Shown here: positions 13,944 to 22,425 of the stretch, piece by piece
Layout: each line of letters opens with the position of its first letter
How positions within the stretch are numbered: position 1 is the stretch's first letter
The notes under the pieces: model-generated
Told to the model about the DNA's origin: nothing
The model's input: only the letters and a program-made list of their open reading frames with translations
Database searches by the model: none
Position numbers and translations under genes: made by a program
Assembly: GCA_050748045.1 (NCBI GenBank)
Contig: JBOGIW010000125.1
Span: 1,453-33,452, forward strand
Source: Vicinamibacterales bacterium
GTDB taxonomy: Bacteria > Acidobacteriota > Vicinamibacteria > Vicinamibacterales > UBA2999
Reading direction: 5' to 3'
DNA length: 32,000 nt

Positions 13944-16412
13944 ATGCGCACACCGAAGCGTGTGGGACCTGGTCCGACCGCCTTTCGCTCGTTCGATCCT
14001 ACGTTCGGCACCAGCCGAGCGACGCCGCATCGACTGCTCGATGCGATGCGCGCCTTCCACCTGGATGCCGCATACGAACGCGCGGAGGGCGATCATCTCG
14101 TTCAACGGAGAGGGCTGGAAACCCTGCGGGTCCTCGACCTCGTCGGCGGCTTCGGGACGAACCTCGTCGGCCATCACAACCCCGATGTCCTCGCCGAGCT
14201 TCGCCGCCTGATCGACGCGAAGATCCCATTCTCCGCACAGCTCTCCGCCCGTCCGATCGCCGCCAGCCTCGAGCGCCGGCTGCGGGCCAGGCTGGGCGCG
14301 TACCGCGTGGTGTTCACGAACTCGGGTACCGAGACCGTCGAGGCGGCGTTGAAGCATGCCCACCTGGAGCGGCCGCGTCAGGTCTTCTGGGGCGTTCGCG
14401 GATCGTTTCATGGCAAGACGCTGGGCTCCATTCAGTTGACCTACGCCCACCGGAAGCCCTTCGAGGGCCTCGGGCCGCGGGTCCGGTTTCTCGATCCGTG
14501 GGATCGCTCGCAGTGGGCGAAGTACGAGAGCGAGGTCGAACAGGTGTCGGCGGCAATCGTCGAGCCGATCCTCGGAGAGGGCGGCGTCATCCCGCTTCCG
14601 GCGGAATTCCTGGGCTGGCTCGGCGCGGCCTGCCGGCAGTCGGGGATTCCGCTCATCGCGGACGAGATTCAAACGGGTCTCGGCAGGACGGGAACGTTCC
14701 TGGCGTGCGAGGCGACAGGGCTCGACCCCGATTACATCTGCCTGGCCAAAGGCCTGGGCGGCGGCATCGCGAAGCTCGGGGCGCTGCTCGTCAGGGAGGA
14801 CCGCTTCATCGAGGCCTTTTCCTGGCTGCACACGTCCACCTTTGCCGGCGACGAGATCGGCTGCGGCATCGCCAGCCGCGTGCTGGAGATCCTGGAGCGC
14901 GATGCGGTCCCGGCGCGCTGCGAAGCCCTGGGCGCCTATCTGCTCGGGCGGCTCCGGCGTCTCCAGGACCGCTATCCCGACGAAATCGCGGACGTTCGCG
15001 GCAGGGGGCTGCTTGTCGGCATCGAGCTCGGGGACGCACGGGGCGCAGGATCGAATGTCCTTCGGGCGATTGCCGCGCACGATCTCATCGGCGTGATGGC
15101 CTCGTCGTATCTCCTGAACCGGCACGCCATCCGCGTGGCGCCCTGCCTCGGTCATCCCGCGACGCTGCGCGTGGAGCCGTCGGCGTACGTGGAGCGGTCG
15201 GAGCTCGATCGATTCGTGGACGCGCTCGACATGCTCTGTCACGCCGTTCGCGCGCAGGACGTGCCGCACCTCGTCGGACACCTCATCGATCGGCCGCGCG
15301 CCGCCAGCGCCGCGCGGCCCGAGTTCCGGCACCTTCACCGCGAGGCTCCCGCAACGAGCCGCCGCGTCGCGTTCATTGCTCACGCCATTGGACCAGCGGA
15401 TCTCCGCTCCTGGGACCCGTCGCTCGCCTCCTTCGACACGGATGAGCTCGACACGCTCACTCGCGCGGCGGCCGGGTTCCTGGGCCCGGTGGTCTACAAC
15501 GAGTTCCACGTGCACGCTCCGGAAGGAGCACCAGTGCACCTGTCGTTGATCGGACTCTTCTACACCTCCTGGCAGCTCTTCGATGCCTATCGCGCCCGTC
15601 GCCACGAGCACGCGCTCGGACAGATCGAGCAGGCCCTGACGCTGGCCCGCGACCGCGGCTGCACGGTGGCCGGGCTTGGCGGCTTTCACTCGATCGTGGC
15701 CTCGAACGGCAAGCGGCTCCAGACGCCGGGCATCGGCCTGACAACGGGGAACGCGCTGACGGTCGGCATGGGCATCCGCGCCCTCACGCGCGCGGCCTCG
15801 CTCGCCGGCATCGAACTGGAGAGCGCCGCGCTCGCCGTGGTGGGCGCCACCGGCAACATCGCGCAGGCGTATGCGCTCTCGATGGCGCCGGCCGTGCGGC
15901 GTCTCGTGCTGGTCACGCGGCCGGGCTGCACGGGGCGCTGCCGCACCCTCGCCGCCCGCCTCCGCGACGTGGCGCCGTGCACGGAGCTGCACGTCACCGA
16001 CTCGCTCGACGTGCTTCGCACGTGCCCGCTGATTGTGTCGGCGTCGAACGCCCCGGAGCCGGTCGTCTACCTGCGGCACCTGGGCCCTCACCCGACGGTG
16101 ATCTGCGATGTCTCGCTGCCCTCCGACGTGGCGGAGGAGGTGACCGCCGGTCGCGGCGACGTCGTCGTCCTGAACGGCGGCGTCGTGCGGCTTCCCTGCG
16201 ATCCGGATCTTGTCATCCCCGGATTGCCGCTGGCGCCCGGGCACGTCTACGCGTGTCTGGCGGAAACACTGCTCATGGGCCTCGACGGGATCACCAGCCA
16301 TGGCTCGTACGGGCCGCTCACGCCGGAATGCGTGGAGTGGGCCCTCGCGCTGGCAGACAAGCACGGGTTCGCGTTGGCCGAGTCGCTCACGTCGAGCTTG
16401 CTGACCGCCTGA
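13944..16412 (+). CDS. Fusion protein: class III PLP aminotransferase + AAR-like long-chain acyl-ACP reductase
   Basis: About 822 aa. Aminotransferase: NSGTETVEAALKHAH, DEIQTGLGRTGTF, YICLAKGLGGGIAKLGALL (PLP Lys codon 14748-14750). Reductase: LGGFHSIVAS, TTGNALTVGM, LAVVGATGNIAQA, VVVLNGGVV, HVYACLAETLLMGLDG (Cys codon 16254-16256, aligned with the catalytic Cys of cyanobacterial AAR), KHGFALAESL. Confidence 0.9.
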   Translation: MRTPKRVGPGPTAFRSFDPTFGTSRATPHRLLDAMRAFHLDAAYERAEGDHLVQRRGLETLRVLDLVGGFGTNLVGHHNPDVLAELRRLIDAKIPFSAQLSARPIAASLERRLRARLGAYRVVFTNSGTETVEAALKHAHLERPRQVFWGVRGSFHGKTLGSIQLTYAHRKPFEGLGPRVRFLDPWDRSQWAKYESEVEQVSAAIVEPILGEGGVIPLPAEFLGWLGAACRQSGIPLIADEIQTGLGRTGTFLACEATGLDPDYICLAKGLGGGIAKLGALLVREDRFIEAFSWLHTSTFAGDEIGCGIASRVLEILERDAVPARCEALGAYLLGRLRRLQDRYPDEIADVRGRGLLVGIELGDARGAGSNVLRAIAAHDLIGVMASSYLLNRHAIRVAPCLGHPATLRVEPSAYVERSELDRFVDALDMLCHAVRAQDVPHLVGHLIDRPRAASAARPEFRHLHREAPATSRRVAFIAHAIGPADLRSWDPSLASFDTDELDTLTRAAAGFLGPVVYNEFHVHAPEGAPVHLSLIGLFYTSWQLFDAYRARRHEHALGQIEQALTLARDRGCTVAGLGGFHSIVASNGKRLQTPGIGLTTGNALTVGMGIRALTRAASLAGIELESAALAVVGATGNIAQAYALSMAPAVRRLVLVTRPGCTGRCRTLAARLRDVAPCTELHVTDSLDVLRTCPLIVSASNAPEPVVYLRHLGPHPTVICDVSLPSDVAEEVTAGRGDVVVLNGGVVRLPCDPDLVIPGLPLAPGHVYACLAETLLMGLDGITSHGSYGPLTPECVEWALALADKHGFALAESLTSSLLTA

Positions 16413-16468
16413 CGCGTCACCGGGTGTTGCCCGGGCGTCGTTGACTTTCGCTGAAAGGGTGCCCTCCC

Positions 16469-17791
16469 ATGCGCGTCCTGCTCGTCGCCCCCACCGCGCT
16501 CGACTCCTACGGCCGTCCGATCAAGCAGCGGCGCGTCCACATTCCCGGCCTGACGCTCCAGATGCTCGCCGCGGTCACGCCGCCCGACGTCGATCTGACG
16601 CTCGTCGGCGAGACCACCGGCACGATCCCCTTTGACGAGCCATGGGACCTCGTCGGCCTGACGGGCATGGGCTCCGGGCTCGTGCGCGCCTGGCAGATCG
16701 CCGGGGAGTTCCGGAAACGCGGCAGGAAGGTCGTGATCGGCGGCATCGCCGCCAGCCTGGCGCCCCCGGCGCTCACGCTCGCCCATGCCGACTCGGTGGT
16801 CATCGGCGAGGCCGAAGAGATCTGGCCGCGCGTGGTCCGCGATGCGCAGGCCGGGAGGCTCCAACCGATCTACCGGATGGCGTCTCAGCCCGACGTGGCT
16901 CACCTGCCCGATCCGCGCTACGACCTGATGACGGGGCCGGGCTTCGGTCGCTGGTCGCCGGTCCAGGCCACGCGAGGCTGTCCCTTCACCTGCACGTTCT
17001 GCTCGGTCACCGCCTTCTTCCGGCAGGGGTACCGCAAGCGTCCCGTCGCATCCGTGCTGCGTGACGTGCGCGCGGCGAAGCGGATCCGCCGCTCGCGGTA
17101 CGTCGCCTTCATCGACGACAACATCGGCGTCGACTGGGACTACTGCCGGGAGCTCTGGGAGGCGCTCATCCCCGAGCGGATCATCTGGATGAGCCAGTGC
17201 AGCCTCCACATCGCCGACCGTCCGGACATGCTCGCGCTGGCGCGCCGAAGCGGGTGCCGCATGCTCTCCTTCGGCATCGAGACGACGAACGCCGCCAGCC
17301 TGGCGGCGGTGGACAAGGCCTGGAACCGGCCGGAACGCTACGCCGCCGCCGTTCGCACCATCCGCGAACATGGCATCGACATCTCGACGGAGATGATGGT
17401 GGGGCTGGACGAAGACGACGAGTCGACCTTCGACGGGACCCACGCCTTCATCATGGACAACCGCATCTCGGTGCCGCGCGTGCACATCCTGACGCCGATT
17501 CCCGGCACGCCGTTCTACGACCAGGTGCGCGCGGAGGGGCGAATCCTGTCGGAGGACTTCACGCAGTACAGCGGCGGGCGCATCGTCTTCAAGCCGCGCA
17601 AGATGGATCCGGACCGGCTCCAGATGAAGTTCTGGCAGATGTACGATCGCCTCTACTCCTGGAAGGCCATCGCGCACCGGGTGGGCCGCAACCATGCCCG
17701 CCTCGAGGCGTACATGAGCGCCTTCGTGTTCGGCGTCAACCTGCACTACCGCGCGCACATTCAGCGCCGCATCACTCCCGGCATCGTGTGA
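16469..17791 (+). CDS. B12-binding-domain-type radical SAM protein 1
   Basis: MRVLLVAPT N-terminal Rossmann-like domain, VIGGIAASLAP, TRGCPFTCTFCS (CxxxCxxC), FIDDNIGVD, MLSFGIET. Confidence 0.93.
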   Translation: MRVLLVAPTALDSYGRPIKQRRVHIPGLTLQMLAAVTPPDVDLTLVGETTGTIPFDEPWDLVGLTGMGSGLVRAWQIAGEFRKRGRKVVIGGIAASLAPPALTLAHADSVVIGEAEEIWPRVVRDAQAGRLQPIYRMASQPDVAHLPDPRYDLMTGPGFGRWSPVQATRGCPFTCTFCSVTAFFRQGYRKRPVASVLRDVRAAKRIRRSRYVAFIDDNIGVDWDYCRELWEALIPERIIWMSQCSLHIADRPDMLALARRSGCRMLSFGIETTNAASLAAVDKAWNRPERYAAAVRTIREHGIDISTEMMVGLDEDDESTFDGTHAFIMDNRISVPRVHILTPIPGTPFYDQVRAEGRILSEDFTQYSGGRIVFKPRKMDPDRLQMKFWQMYDRLYSWKAIAHRVGRNHARLEAYMSAFVFGVNLHYRAHIQRRITPGIV

Positions 17792-17808
17792 GCGCTCGCG
17801 AGGACACC

Positions 17809-19245
17809 ATGCGCATCCTTCTGGTCCGTCCGCCCGTGCCCCGGCACACCATCGGTTTGAAGCACATCATGGTCTGCGAGCCGCTCGAGCTGGAATACGT
17901 GGCGGCCGGGCTTGCCGGGCACGACGTGCAGATTCTCGATCTCATCGTGGAGCGCGGCCTCACGCGCCGATTGAAGCGTTTCAGGCCCGACATCGTCGGG
18001 ACGAGCTCGTACATCAGCGGCGTCAACGAGGTCTTCAAGATCTGCCGGGCGGTCAAGCGCTGGAACCCCTCCTGCCGGACCGTCGTCGGCGGCGTGCACG
18101 CGTCGCAGGTGCCGGAGGACTTCGCCGACCCGGCCGTGGACTGTGTGGTGATGGGCGATGGAACGACCATCATGCCGGAGGTGGTGAAGGCCTTCGAGGG
18201 CGACGTGGCGCTCGAGAGTGTACCGGGACTGGCGCTGCCCGACGGTCCCGGGCTCGTGCGAACGCAGGGCCGTCCGTATATGCCGGATCCGGACACGCTC
18301 CCATTCCCCCGGCGGGATCTCGTCTCCCACCTGCGCCGCCGGTACTACTACCTGTGGAACCGTCCCGTCGCGACCCTCAAGACGACGTGGGGATGCTGGT
18401 ACAAGTGCAACTTCTGCTTTACGTGGCGGATCACCGGCGGCACGCCCTACGCGCGCAGCGCCCAGTCGATCGCCGACGAGCTCGCCGGCATCGAGTCGGA
18501 GCACATCTACATCGTGGACGACATCTTCCTGATCCAGCCGGCGCGGCTGGCCGAGCTGGCGCGACTGCTGCGCGAGCGTGGCATCCGGAAAAAGTACCTC
18601 GTGTACGCGCGCGCCGATTTCGTAGCCGGGCACGAGGACCTCATCGCGGAGTGGGCGGAACTGGGTCTGGAGGCCGTCTTCATCGGGCTGGAAGCGACCG
18701 AGGATGCCGAGTTGATGCAGATGAACAAGCAGGCCACGGTGGACGACAATCGCCGGGCGATCGCCCTTCTGCAGCGGCACGGCGTGGACATCTACGGCTC
18801 GATCATCACGCAGCCCCACTACGTCAAGGAGGACTGGGACCGCGTGAAGCGGTTCATCGACGACAACCGGCTGTATTTCCTGAACGTCTCGCCGCTGACG
18901 CCGATGCCGGGCACGCTCATCTACGACGAGTATCGCGACCGCTTGATCGTCAGCCGCCGCGCGCACGCCCTGTGGGACCTCGCGCACACGGTCGTCATGA
19001 CGCGCATGCCTCTCAAGAGCTACTACCGGTCGGTCCTGGGCGTGTACACGCACGCGTGCCTGAATCCGCGTCGCGCCACGCGGCTCAACCTCGCCACCGC
19101 TCCGCCGCTCTATTCGTGGGAGTTCTGGCGGCTGTGGCTGGGCGCGCTGAAGATCGCGCGCCAGTTCTACTTCGGTCACTGGCACCATGCGCCGAGCGAG
19201 CTCGCTCGCGCCGAGTATCGCGGGCCCGAGCTGACACACGAGTGA
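17809..19245 (+). CDS. B12-binding-domain-type radical SAM protein 2
   Basis: MRILLVRPPVPRH, VVGGVHASQVPEDF, TTWGCWYKCNFCF (CxxxCxxC), IVDDIFL, AVFIGLEA. Confidence 0.93.
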   Translation: MRILLVRPPVPRHTIGLKHIMVCEPLELEYVAAGLAGHDVQILDLIVERGLTRRLKRFRPDIVGTSSYISGVNEVFKICRAVKRWNPSCRTVVGGVHASQVPEDFADPAVDCVVMGDGTTIMPEVVKAFEGDVALESVPGLALPDGPGLVRTQGRPYMPDPDTLPFPRRDLVSHLRRRYYYLWNRPVATLKTTWGCWYKCNFCFTWRITGGTPYARSAQSIADELAGIESEHIYIVDDIFLIQPARLAELARLLRERGIRKKYLVYARADFVAGHEDLIAEWAELGLEAVFIGLEATEDAELMQMNKQATVDDNRRAIALLQRHGVDIYGSIITQPHYVKEDWDRVKRFIDDNRLYFLNVSPLTPMPGTLIYDEYRDRLIVSRRAHALWDLAHTVVMTRMPLKSYYRSVLGVYTHACLNPRRATRLNLATAPPLYSWEFWRLWLGALKIARQFYFGHWHHAPSELARAEYRGPELTHE

Positions 19246-20459
19246 TGTCGATCGAGCTCCCTCCCACCGGCGCGTGGACCGACCCGGGCCTGTGGCTCGG
19301 CTGGACGCCGTTCTCAGTCGCGTTGGGGAACGGCCTCCGCATGCAGGTCTGTCGCGACATCGGCGACGTCGATGCCCGGCAGTGGGACTCGATCCTCGGC
19401 CCTGAAGACGTGCTCATGTCTCACGCGTTCGTGACCGCCTGCCAGGTGGCGCGGATCGAAGACGCGGACTTCTGGCACCTGCTTGTCTCGAGAGGGGAGG
19501 ACGTCGTGTGCGCGGCGACCTTACATCGCATGCCCGTGAGCCTCGATCTGCTGTCGTCAGGGCTCACGCGGAAAGCGATCGATGCGCTCAAGGCCGGGTG
19601 GCCCGGCTTCCTGCGTCTTCCCGTGCTCTTCTGCGGCCTCCCGGTGTCGTGCGGCCGGCCGTGCCTCAAGATCCCGAGGGCTGCCGACGTCGAGGAGTCG
19701 TCGGCGGCGGTTGCCGCCGCCATGGAGTCGGTCGCGGCTGCGACCTCGACGCCGCTTCTGTGCCTGAAGGAATTCGATCGCGACGCCATTCGCCGGATGG
19801 ACGTGTTCCTGTCGTACGGATACTTCCGGGCGCCCAGCCTCCCGTCGTGCTCGATCGAACTGCGCTGGAGCTCCTTTCCCGCATACCTCGCCTCCCTGAG
19901 GTCCGGCTACCGGCGCCAGATCCGGAGCTCCCTGCGCACGCGCCGCGACGGGCGGCTGCGCGTCGAGCGCCTCGACCACTTCTCGTCGCGGATCGACACC
20001 GTGTTTGCGCTGTATCAGCAGACCGTCAGTCGCGCGCCGCATCGGCTCGAGACCCTGAATTGCGAGTTCTTCAGACAGCTCGACACGCTCGGAACGGCCA
20101 AGGGGATCGTCATCGAGCTCGACGGCCGCACGGTGGGCGCCGCCGTGATGGTCGCCGGCTCCGATGTGGCGATCTTCCTGTTCGCGGGACTGGCGGAGGA
20201 TCGGCTGCCGCAGTGGCAGGTCTATCAGAACCTCGTCGCCGAGGTCGTGGCGGCCGCCATTGATTCGGGCGCCCGGCGGCTGGAGCTCGGACAGACCTCG
20301 TACGACATGAAGAGCCGCATGGGGGCGCGCGAAGACCCGCGCTTCATCTATCTCCGCTACCGGCGTGCCCTCGGCCACTCGATTCTGCGCGGCGTGGCCC
20401 CGGCGCTCTTCCCCGCGTATCCGTATCCGGCTCGGCGCGTCTTCGCGCACCAGAGATGA
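19245..20459 (+). CDS. FemAB/BioF2-like GNAT acyltransferase
   Basis: 404 aa, ATG overlaps the previous TGA (TGATG). AYLASLRSGYRRQIRSSLRTRRDG, FALYQQTVSRAPHRLETLNCEFFRQL, GTAKGIVIELDGRTVGAAVMV, YQNLVAEVVAAAIDSGARRLELGQTSYDMKSRMGA. Confidence 0.75.
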   Translation: MSIELPPTGAWTDPGLWLGWTPFSVALGNGLRMQVCRDIGDVDARQWDSILGPEDVLMSHAFVTACQVARIEDADFWHLLVSRGEDVVCAATLHRMPVSLDLLSSGLTRKAIDALKAGWPGFLRLPVLFCGLPVSCGRPCLKIPRAADVEESSAAVAAAMESVAAATSTPLLCLKEFDRDAIRRMDVFLSYGYFRAPSLPSCSIELRWSSFPAYLASLRSGYRRQIRSSLRTRRDGRLRVERLDHFSSRIDTVFALYQQTVSRAPHRLETLNCEFFRQLDTLGTAKGIVIELDGRTVGAAVMVAGSDVAIFLFAGLAEDRLPQWQVYQNLVAEVVAAAIDSGARRLELGQTSYDMKSRMGAREDPRFIYLRYRRALGHSILRGVAPALFPAYPYPARRVFAHQR

Positions 20460-20463
20460 CGCC

Positions 20464-22425
20464 GTGAAACGAATCCTGCTGGTCAATCCGGCGTTCGAAG
20501 ACGATCCCACCGGCCTTCCGCCCTCGGTACGGCGATCCGCGGCGGCTCGCTGGTCTCCGTTTCAGATGGGCATCATGCCGCTCGGCCTGGCGACGATCGC
20601 GGCGCTCACGCCGGCGCCAATCGAGGTGGACATCTGGGACGAGTCCATCGACGGGCCGCTCTCCGGCGAGCGCCTGTCGGGAAAGGCCTACGACCTGGCG
20701 GGGGTGACGGGCTACGTCAACCACGCCGGCCGGGTGAACGAGCTCGGACGCCTCTTCAGCAGGATGGGCGTCATGTCGGCGGTCGGGGGCCCCGGCGTCT
20801 CGTCGGAGCCCGAGCACTTCCGTGGGCAGTTCGACGTGCTCTTCATCGGTGAAGCCGAGTACACGTGGCCCAGGTTCCTGGCCGATCTCGAGCGCGGGGC
20901 GCATCGGCGCGAGTACCGGCAGGTCGACAAGGTGGACATGGCGCATTCACCGATGCCGCGCTGGGACCACGTGGCCGCCGGCTCCTACCTGCTCGGATCC
21001 GTGCAGACGACGCGCGGGTGTCCGTTCGATTGCGAGTTCTGCGACGTCATCTACATCTACGGCCGGCAGGCGCGCCACAAGCCTGTCGAGCGCGTGCTCG
21101 AGGAGGTGCGCGCCCTCGAGCGGCTGGGGATCGAACGCCTCCTCTTCTGCGACGACAACTTCATCGGCAATCGCCGGTATGCGAAGGAGCTCCTCCAGGC
21201 GCTGATAGCGGTGAACGCGTCGTTCCGCCGGCCCATGGCGTTCTTCACCAACGTGACGCTCAATATCGCCAATGACGAGAGGATGCTGGCGCTCATGGCC
21301 GACGCCGGCTTCTGCGGCCTCTTCATCGGCGTCGAGTCGCCGAACGTCGCCAGCCTCGTCGAGACGAACAAGCCCCAGAACTACAGCACCGACATGGTGG
21401 AAGCCGTGAAGACGGTTCACGCCTACGGCATCGTCACGCAGTGCGGGATGATCGTCGGCTTCGACCACGACGATGCCACCGTCTTCGATCAGCATTTCGC
21501 ATTCCTTCAGGAGACCGGGGTGCCGGTTCCGATGGTCAACCTGCTGAAGGCTCCCACGGGGACGCGACTGTGGGTGCGCCTGCACAAGGAAGGACGAGTC
21601 TTTCAGAACGAGGCCTTGCGGCAGACGTCGAACGTCGAGCCGTTGACCAATGTGACTCCGCGGCAGATGCCGCTGGCGCAACTGCTGGCGGGCTATCTCG
21701 ACCTCGTGGAGCGGCTCCGCGACTGGGCGCGCTTCGAGGAGCGCGTCAGGCGCCTCGTGTCACAGGTGCGGCGCCGTCCCGTCGTGCGCCGGCGTGTGGA
21801 TGGAAGCAAGGTGCTGTTGCTGGCCCTGATGATCGCCAGGATGGGCGGCCAGGCCGGCGCCCGACGGGCGACGCTCCGGCTCCTCTGGCACACGCTCTGG
21901 CGCGCACCCTTCATGGTGGAGCGCGTGATGGGCGCCGCCGCGTACCAGTATCAGGAAGCGCTTCGCGTGCCGCGGCTGAAGGCCTTCATCGCAGAGCGAA
22001 TCCGGCAACTGACGGCCGGCGAAACCCGCCCCGAGCGGGAGCGCGCCGTGTTCTTCGTTCCCGACGGCTTTCGGAAGGCGTACCCAGCCGTGTTCCCCGA
22101 CCTCTATCGCCGCGTTCACCAGCGCCTCCGCGACAAGTCGCGCGTGCAGGACGCGCTCGTGGAAGTCACCTCCGATTTCCTCACCCGGTGGGGGCGGGAC
22201 TTCGGCCGGTTCGAGGAGCACCACCGCAGGTTTCTCGAGGACATCTGTGACCGCACGATCGATGCTGAAAACGGCTCGTGGCCGGGACAGCGGGACGAGC
22301 CAGGCGCGCAAGGAGCGGCTGCCGCCGCGACGACCGAAGCCTCGCTCAGGCGCCTGGCCGCCGACGTCCTGCGTTCCGTGGAGCAGGATCTGCGAAGCCT
22401 TGATGCGGCTGGAGCCCCGGGTTAG
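20464..22425 (+). CDS. B12-binding-domain-type radical SAM protein 3 with long C-terminal extension
   Basis: VKRILLVNPAFEDDPTGLPPS, AVGGPGVSSEP, TTRGCPFDCEFCDVIYIYGRQARHKPVERVLEEV (CxxxCxxC), FFTNVTLNIA, GLFIGVESPN; about 200 aa extra at the C-terminus. GTG start at 20464. Confidence 0.92.
   Translation: MKRILLVNPAFEDDPTGLPPSVRRSAAARWSPFQMGIMPLGLATIAALTPAPIEVDIWDESIDGPLSGERLSGKAYDLAGVTGYVNHAGRVNELGRLFSRMGVMSAVGGPGVSSEPEHFRGQFDVLFIGEAEYTWPRFLADLERGAHRREYRQVDKVDMAHSPMPRWDHVAAGSYLLGSVQTTRGCPFDCEFCDVIYIYGRQARHKPVERVLEEVRALERLGIERLLFCDDNFIGNRRYAKELLQALIAVNASFRRPMAFFTNVTLNIANDERMLALMADAGFCGLFIGVESPNVASLVETNKPQNYSTDMVEAVKTVHAYGIVTQCGMIVGFDHDDATVFDQHFAFLQETGVPVPMVNLLKAPTGTRLWVRLHKEGRVFQNEALRQTSNVEPLTNVTPRQMPLAQLLAGYLDLVERLRDWARFEERVRRLVSQVRRRPVVRRRVDGSKVLLLALMIARMGGQAGARRATLRLLWHTLWRAPFMVERVMGAAAYQYQEALRVPRLKAFIAERIRQLTAGETRPERERAVFFVPDGFRKAYPAVFPDLYRRVHQRLRDKSRVQDALVEVTSDFLTRWGRDFGRFEEHHRRFLEDICDRTIDAENGSWPGQRDEPGAQGAAAAATTEASLRRLAADVLRSVEQDLRSLDAAGAPG

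Noticed and set aside
13932-16364. 810-aa minus-strand ORF opposite the aminotransferase-AAR fusion
   Set aside because: Low-complexity Arg/Gly/Asp-rich shadow ORF; the plus strand carries conserved PLP and AAR motifs.
16441-16468. TTGACTTTCGC upstream of radical SAM 1, resembling the recA -35 region
   Set aside because: No -10 element fits between it and the ATG 28 nt away, so it is not accepted as a promoter.
17197-17808. Extended N-terminus of the ORF containing radical SAM 2
   Set aside because: This part is the out-of-frame reading of radical SAM 1; MRILLVRPP at 17809 is the natural start.
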